A stretch of DNA of 64,000 nt. Source: an uncultured Candidatus Saccharibacteria bacterium. Lineage in GTDB: Bacteria > Patescibacteriota > Minisyncoccia > Phycocordibacterales > UBA9973. Every line of letters starts with the position of its first letter. The first letter of the stretch is position 1. The stretch is from assembly GCA_964468315.1 (NCBI GenBank), contig CAYXTA010000001.1, positions 193 to 64,192 of the forward strand, given 5' to 3'. Position numbers and translations under genes: made by a program. Shown here in pieces: positions 58,637-64,000 of the stretch. The notes beneath the pieces are model-generated. The model saw only the letters and a program-made list of their open reading frames with translations. It searched no databases and had not been told where the DNA came from.

Positions 58637-58948
58637 TTACATTTTTTGAGCTTTTAAAATCTCCGGCATCTCAAATTCTGGAAATCTTCTTAAAATAATT
58701 TTCCCAAATGGTATTGGCTCAGAAGGGTTTCCTAATTGCTTTCCTTCTATTAATTTTCTAGCTTCCTCGTCTAGAGCTTTTACTTCCCAATTTGTTTCAT
58801 TTTTTGAGTCATATTTTGTTAGAAAATATAGTGCAGTTATTTCTTTTACTGCATCAGGGTTTGCTCTTGGTTTTTCTTCTGTAACGATAGATAAAACCCA
58901 TTTACCTTCATATAGGTTTTCAGTTGTTATAAGTATTTCCTTTTCCAT
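58637..58948 (-). CDS. hypothetical small protein (MEKE-start paralog 1)
   Basis: 103 aa. Both begin MEKE followed by W-V-(L/I)-S with similar hydrophobic periodicity. Confidence 0.35.
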   Translation of the reverse strand: MEKEILITTENLYEGKWVLSIVTEEKPRANPDAVKEITALYFLTKYDSKNETNWEVKALDEEARKLIEGKQLGNPSEPIPFGKIILRRFPEFEMPEILKAQKM

Positions 58949-59073
58949 TTTCTTTGGTTTTAAGTGAATATTTCAATGAATTAGTTCTTTTTAACTATAC
59001 CATAAAAAACAAATAAAGCAAATTAAATTTCCTATTAAGTTATCCACATATTCAATATAAATAACATAGCAAA

Positions 59074-59119
59074 GTGGGAAGGAGTGGTTTATAATATATA
59101 CTAGGTGGGAAAAAGTGGG
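59074..59119 (+). promoter_or_regulatory. MraZ-box direct repeats (GTGGG at 10-bp phasing) around -10 element of dcw promoter
   Basis: gtggg at 59074 and 59105, gtggt at 59084, and gtggg at 59115. A tataat lies between the pairs (59091-59096). Confidence 0.6.
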
Positions 59120-59143
59120 AAGGATTTTTAAACAACAATTTTT

Positions 59144-59584
59144 ATGCTTATAGGCGAATACATACATACAATAGATGAGAAGAATAGAATTTCGCTACCA
59201 GCAAAATTTCGAAAAGAAATGGGTAAAAATGTTGTGATAGCTCCCGCACCAGATCAATGTTTGTTCATTTTCACAATCAAAGAATGGAATAAAGTTTCAA
59301 ATCGTTTGACTGACAATGAACATGAACTTTCATTTCTAAAAGCTGATAAAAGAAATTTCAACCGTTTTATGTTGGGACGTGCAAGTGATGTAGAAGTAGA
59401 TTCTATTGGAAGAATCTTGATACCTGATTTTTTGAAAGATCGTATTGGTCTTAAGGGTAAAGCTGCACTTGTAGGTGTCGGAGACAGAGTTGAAATTTGG
59501 AATGACAAGACTTGGAATTCATACAAAATTGATGCAGAAAAAACAGCTGGAACTTTAGCAGAGAAATTAGCAGGTGAAAGATAA
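59144..59584 (+). CDS. mraZ: transcriptional regulator MraZ
   Basis: Two SpoVT/AbrB-like halves (DEKNRISLPAKFR and DSIGRILIPDFL). Confidence 0.9.
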   Translation: MLIGEYIHTIDEKNRISLPAKFRKEMGKNVVIAPAPDQCLFIFTIKEWNKVSNRLTDNEHELSFLKADKRNFNRFMLGRASDVEVDSIGRILIPDFLKDRIGLKGKAALVGVGDRVEIWNDKTWNSYKIDAEKTAGTLAEKLAGER

Positions 59585-60479
59585 TATGAAAAGTATTCAC
59601 AAGAGTGTTCTTTTACAAGAAACAGTAATAGGTTTGAACCTTCCAAAAGACGGCGTCGTAGTGGACGGTACTTTTGGTGGAGGGGGACATAGTCAATTTG
59701 TTTCTCAAAATTTTCCTGAAGTAAAAATCATTGCAATAGACCAAGACAAAGGAGCTTGGGAAAAAGCAAAAGATAAATTTACTAATATAAAAAATGTTGT
59801 TTTCCATAACAATAATTTTAGAGAGATAAAAGATGTTTTAGAAAAAGACGGATTAGAAAAAGTCGATGGTATTATCCTTGATTTGGGTTTAAGTTCTGAT
59901 CAATTGGATGCTTCTGGACGAGGATTTTCTTTTATGAGAGATGAGTCACTTCTCATGACAATGAAAGAAAATCCTTCTTTAGAAGATATTACAGCGAAAG
60001 ATATTGTGAATTCTTGGAAAGAAGAAAATTTGGCAGATATTATTTATGGCTACGGAGAGGAACAGTTTTCTCGTCGTATTGCAAAAGGAATAGTAGAAGC
60101 AAGAAAAATAAAACCAATAGAAACGACATTTGAATTAGTAGAAATTATAAATAAATCTGTTCCGAATTTATATAAGAAAGGAAAGATAAACCCAGCAACG
60201 AAAACATTTCAAGCATTAAGAATAGCAGTAAACGATGAATTAGGATCGATAGAAGAAGGTTTAAATAAAGGTTTTGAAGTTTTGAAAAGTAAAAGAAGAA
60301 TGTCAGTCATATCATTTCATAGTTTAGAAGATAGAATTGTTAAAAGATTTTTTAAAGAAAAAGAAAAAAACGGTGAGGGGATTTTAATAAATAAAAAACC
60401 AATAATAGCGAGTGAAATAGAAATAAAAGAAAATCCAAGATCAAGAAGTGCAAAATTAAGAATCATAGAAAAAATATAA
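59574..60479 (+). CDS. rsmH: 16S rRNA (cytosine1402-N4)-methyltransferase RsmH (MraW)
   Basis: HKSVLLQE, VDGTFGGGGHS, and DLGLSSDQLD. Confidence 0.9.
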   Translation: MKDNMKSIHKSVLLQETVIGLNLPKDGVVVDGTFGGGGHSQFVSQNFPEVKIIAIDQDKGAWEKAKDKFTNIKNVVFHNNNFREIKDVLEKDGLEKVDGIILDLGLSSDQLDASGRGFSFMRDESLLMTMKENPSLEDITAKDIVNSWKEENLADIIYGYGEEQFSRRIAKGIVEARKIKPIETTFELVEIINKSVPNLYKKGKINPATKTFQALRIAVNDELGSIEEGLNKGFEVLKSKRRMSVISFHSLEDRIVKRFFKEKEKNGEGILINKKPIIASEIEIKENPRSRSAKLRIIEKI

Positions 60480-60480
60480 A

Positions 60481-60819
60481 ATGAAAACACAAACATTAAA
60501 AATAAATACAGACATTTTGAATAATAAAGATGTAAATAAAAGATTTTTAAATGGTTTATTTTACACTGCCGGTTTTTTAGCTATTTGTTATGTGTTTATC
60601 CTGACAAATATGGTTTGGAATATTGTTGCTCGTAAAAGTTTGGAAAATCAATCTAGGGATTTAAATACAGAAGTAAGTACTTTAGAACTCCAATATCTAT
60701 CACTTTCAAATAAAATAGACATTAACCTAGCTTATTCATTAGGTTTTAAAGAAACAAAAAAAGAATTTGCTAATCGTAAGACTCTAGGTTCTGTGGCTAT
60801 AGCTAAAAATGAATTCTAG
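60481..60819 (+). CDS. FtsL-like cell division membrane protein
   Basis: Position in the dcw cluster, single TM helix, and coiled coil. Confidence 0.5.
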   Translation: MKTQTLKINTDILNNKDVNKRFLNGLFYTAGFLAICYVFILTNMVWNIVARKSLENQSRDLNTEVSTLELQYLSLSNKIDINLAYSLGFKETKKEFANRKTLGSVAIAKNEF

Positions 60820-62521
60820 TTTTTTAAATAGAATAAAAATCCTTTCTTTTTTTATTGTTATTTTCGCTATTACCTTAGTAGGTAAACTTTTTTTAGTACA
60901 AATAGTGCATCAATCTTCTTATAGTAAACGTGCAGATAGACAGTATGTGACTCCATCTACTGATATTTTTGAAAGAGGAACGATATTTTTTACTCGTAAA
61001 GACGGAGTTTTGGTTTCTGGTGCTGTTCAAGCATCTGGTTTTAAATTAACTATTACACCAAAAGAAATAATTGATGTTCAGGGTATAATAAATAAAATAT
61101 CAGCTATAGTACCAATAGATGCAGAAGCATTTAAACTTAAAGCCTCAAAGAAAAATGACCCTTACGAAGAAATAACAAATCATATTACAAAAGAAAAAGC
61201 TGATGAAATAAATAGTTTAAATCTTCCAGGAATTCATATTTATAAAGAAAAATGGAGATTCTATCCTGGAGGAGAAATGGCTGCACATACTGTCGGTTTT
61301 GTAGGTTTTAAGGGTGATGAATTAGCTGGTAGATATGGCCTTGAAAGACAATACAATAGTATACTATCACGAGGAATCGATAACCCTTATGTAAATTTTT
61401 TTGCAGAAGTTTTTTCAAACATAAAAGATAATCTTTCAAAAGATAAAGAGTCTGCAGGTGATATAGTCACTACAATAGAACCCGCAACACAAGAATTTTT
61501 ATCAAAAAAACTGAAAGAAGTTCAAGAAAAATATAATACTGATTCCTTAGGTGGAATTATTATAAATCCACAAGACGGATCTATCTATGCCATAGAAGCA
61601 CAACCAAATTTTGATCCAAATAATTTTTCTAAAGTAAAACAAACAAGTATATTCAGTAATCAAGTAGTAGAAAATGTTTTTGAATTTGGATCTATTATAA
61701 AACCGCTTGTTATGGCAGCAGGACTTGATATAGGAGTAGTGACACCGAAAACTTCTTATAATGACAAAGGTTTTGTAATTATAGATAAAAAACAAATAAA
61801 TAATTTCGATAAAAAAGGTAGAGGACCTAATACAACAATGCAAGATGTGCTTAATCAATCATTGAACACCGGTATGGTACTTGTAGCAGGGAAACTTGGA
61901 AAAGATAATATGCGAGACTATATGCTCTCATATGGTATAGGAGAAAAGACGGGTATTGATTTACCAAATGAGACAAGTGGTTTAGTTTCAAACTTGAAAA
62001 GTCCTCGTGACTTAGAATATGCTAATGCTGCTTTCGGACAAGGTATCGCTCTTACTCCCATAGAAGCAGTGCGAGCACTTTCTTCACTTGGTAATGGTGG
62101 TAATCTCGTTGTACCTCATTTAGTAAAAGAAATAAAATATGAAGATGGTACTAAAAAAGAAATCACATATCCGACTAAAAGAGTAAAATTTTCAGAAAAA
62201 ACTTCCGAAGAAATTACAAGCATGCTAGTAACTGTGATGGATAAATCTTTGAAAGGTGGACCTGCGAAATTTGATCATTATAGTGTTGCAGTAAAAACAG
62301 GAACTGCACAAGTTGCTCGAAGTGATGGCGGAGGTTATTATGAGGACAGGCATACGCATTCATTCTTTGGATATTTCCCAGCATATGACCCAAAATTTTT
62401 AGTATTCCTCTATGCTGTTAATCCAAAAGGTGTGCCTTATGCATCACAGACATGGGCAGATCCATTTTTAGATCTTGCCAAATTTTTGATTAATTATTAT
62501 GAAGTTCCACCAGATAGATAA
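60809..62521 (+). CDS. ftsI: penicillin-binding protein 2/FtsI-type transpeptidase
   Basis: N-terminal TM, dimerisation domain, and transpeptidase motifs SIIKP, SLNT, and KTGTA. Confidence 0.85.
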   Translation: MNSSFLNRIKILSFFIVIFAITLVGKLFLVQIVHQSSYSKRADRQYVTPSTDIFERGTIFFTRKDGVLVSGAVQASGFKLTITPKEIIDVQGIINKISAIVPIDAEAFKLKASKKNDPYEEITNHITKEKADEINSLNLPGIHIYKEKWRFYPGGEMAAHTVGFVGFKGDELAGRYGLERQYNSILSRGIDNPYVNFFAEVFSNIKDNLSKDKESAGDIVTTIEPATQEFLSKKLKEVQEKYNTDSLGGIIINPQDGSIYAIEAQPNFDPNNFSKVKQTSIFSNQVVENVFEFGSIIKPLVMAAGLDIGVVTPKTSYNDKGFVIIDKKQINNFDKKGRGPNTTMQDVLNQSLNTGMVLVAGKLGKDNMRDYMLSYGIGEKTGIDLPNETSGLVSNLKSPRDLEYANAAFGQGIALTPIEAVRALSSLGNGGNLVVPHLVKEIKYEDGTKKEITYPTKRVKFSEKTSEEITSMLVTVMDKSLKGGPAKFDHYSVAVKTGTAQVARSDGGGYYEDRHTHSFFGYFPAYDPKFLVFLYAVNPKGVPYASQTWADPFLDLAKFLINYYEVPPDR

Positions 62522-62526
62522 AATAT

Positions 62527-63837
62527 ATGAAAAACAATTTTAAAAAAATACTTACTTTTATTTTAATATTTGAAGCACGATTGATACTTTGGAAATATAA
62601 ACCTCGTATTGTCGCTGTGACAGGAAGTGTAGGAAAGACTTCTACGAAAGATGCTGTTTATGCAGTACTTTCTAAGTTTTATTTTGTTCGTAAAAGTGAG
62701 AAAAGTTATAATAGCGAAATAGGATTACCACTTACCATTTTAGGTGTTTCAAATGGTTGGAATCACTTATTTATTTGGATAAAAAATATATTTTTAGGAT
62801 TATGGATATTTATTTGGCCACATAAATATCCAAAGTGGCTTGTACTCGAAGTCGGTGTTGGACATCCTGGCGATATGAAAAGAACTGCTTCATGGCTCAA
62901 GACTGATGTTGTAATAATCACAAATATTACAAACCCTCCTGCGCATATAGAATTTTTCAATTCAGCAGAAGAAGTAGTAAAAGAAAAAGCTGGGCTTATA
63001 AAGACTTTAAAAAAAGATGGAGTGCTCATTTTAAATGCTGACGATGAAGTTGTTTTGAATATGAGAGGAAATTCTAAAAATAGATTTTTTACTTATGGAT
63101 TTAATCAAAATGCAGATGTCGTAGCTTCTGAAGATCAAATATCTTATTCAAATTCTTCAGCAGATAACATAAAACCAAACGGTGTTAGTTTTAGGGTCGA
63201 TATTGAAGGTAAGAGTTTGCCTGTAAATTTGGAAGGTGTATTTGGAAGAAATCATATTTATTCTGCGCTTGTAGGACTCACTGTTTGTTTTAGTCAAAAA
63301 TTAAATTTATTGACTGCTCTTGAAGCTTTGAGAATATATGAATTTCCATTAGGAAGAATGAGTTTGCTTTCCGGTATTAATGATACTTGGATTATTGATG
63401 ATACATACAACGCTTCTCCTTTTGCTATGAAGTCCGCTATCAATACTTTGGGAGAATTGAAAAATTTTAATAGAAAAATTGCAGTATTGGGAGATATGCT
63501 TGAACTCGGTAAGCATACAGAAGAAGCTCATTTTAGTATTGGAAATATTTTAAAAGAAAACAATATTGATATTATTTGTGTTGTAGGACCTCGTGCAAAA
63601 AATATTAAAAAAGGTGCCATAGAAGCGGGGATAAAAGAAAATCATATTTACGAATTTGATACTTCTTTTGAAGCAGGGGATTTTCTTAAAACATTTGTAA
63701 AAAAAGGTGATATTGCTCTAATTAAAGGTTCTCAAGGTGTGCGTATGGAAAGAGCCGTAGAAGTAATATTGCTTAATATAACTAATAAGAAGAATCTTCT
63801 AGTGAGACAAGATGAAGATTGGGTAAATAAAAAGTAG
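62527..63837 (+). CDS. murF: UDP-N-acetylmuramoyl-tripeptide--D-alanyl-D-alanine ligase
   Basis: VAVTGSVGKTSTKD (Mur ligase P-loop). Middle and C-terminal Mur ligase domains. Position after ftsI. Confidence 0.85.
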   Translation: MKNNFKKILTFILIFEARLILWKYKPRIVAVTGSVGKTSTKDAVYAVLSKFYFVRKSEKSYNSEIGLPLTILGVSNGWNHLFIWIKNIFLGLWIFIWPHKYPKWLVLEVGVGHPGDMKRTASWLKTDVVIITNITNPPAHIEFFNSAEEVVKEKAGLIKTLKKDGVLILNADDEVVLNMRGNSKNRFFTYGFNQNADVVASEDQISYSNSSADNIKPNGVSFRVDIEGKSLPVNLEGVFGRNHIYSALVGLTVCFSQKLNLLTALEALRIYEFPLGRMSLLSGINDTWIIDDTYNASPFAMKSAINTLGELKNFNRKIAVLGDMLELGKHTEEAHFSIGNILKENNIDIICVVGPRAKNIKKGAIEAGIKENHIYEFDTSFEAGDFLKTFVKKGDIALIKGSQGVRMERAVEVILLNITNKKNLLVRQDEDWVNKK

Positions 63838-64000
63838 GTTTTAAAACTTGCATTTTATTAAAAAAAATGTTACAATTTTACCGTATATTATAAATATTTG
63901 AGCTCAATTTTATTTGAGTTATTTTTTAGTGAAAAAAATTAAACACAATTTTTTCCATATTGCGCGCAAAACAAAACAATTTTGGATTGATGTTTTTCTT

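Noticed and set aside
1-64000. CRISPR arrays, rRNA genes, transposase or IS elements
   Set aside because: No regularly spaced short direct repeats, no rRNA-like conserved blocks and no transposase-like ORFs were seen. The only mobile signature is the serine-recombinase island.

Overview
This is an AT-rich window (roughly one-third GC by eye) from a compact bacterial genome with short intergenic spacers and many small membrane proteins. That style fits a reduced-genome lineage such as Candidate Phyla Radiation (CPR)/Patescibacteria, but this is an inference. Most of the window is housekeeping. There is a dprA fragment, then serS, an ftsQ-like gene, dus, dnaX, lepA, valS, tsaD, trxB, ftsZ, ftsA, ybeY, rpsU, a priA-like gene, mreB, holB, frr, rseP, typA, mltG, mnmA, greA, lysS and the cell-division and wall cluster mraZ-rsmH-ftsL-ftsI-murF. 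Five tRNAs are present: Gln-TTG, Arg-CCT, Phe-GAA, Val-GAC and Glu-TTC.

The exception is an accessory island of about 18 kb (12939..31215) inserted at the 3' end of tRNA-Phe. It starts with a large serine recombinase whose stop codon lies antisense inside the tRNA T-loop. Its cargo is a controller-like helix-turn-helix (HTH) gene, an SNF2 helicase, a small DUF4391-like protein, a Type III Mod methyltransferase and a Type III Res enzyme, followed by two predicted nucleases, an HD-domain (p)ppGpp-hydrolase-like protein and SppA. The island is organised by two sets of long inverted repeats. One pair of 127 bp brackets the recombinase; a second pair of about 260 bp brackets the cargo. The right copy of the second repeat sits inside a GC-rich block of about 725 nt with long-range complementarity. 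This looks like a large structured RNA or unknown mobile element and is the most unusual thing in the window. No CRISPR array or rRNA was found.
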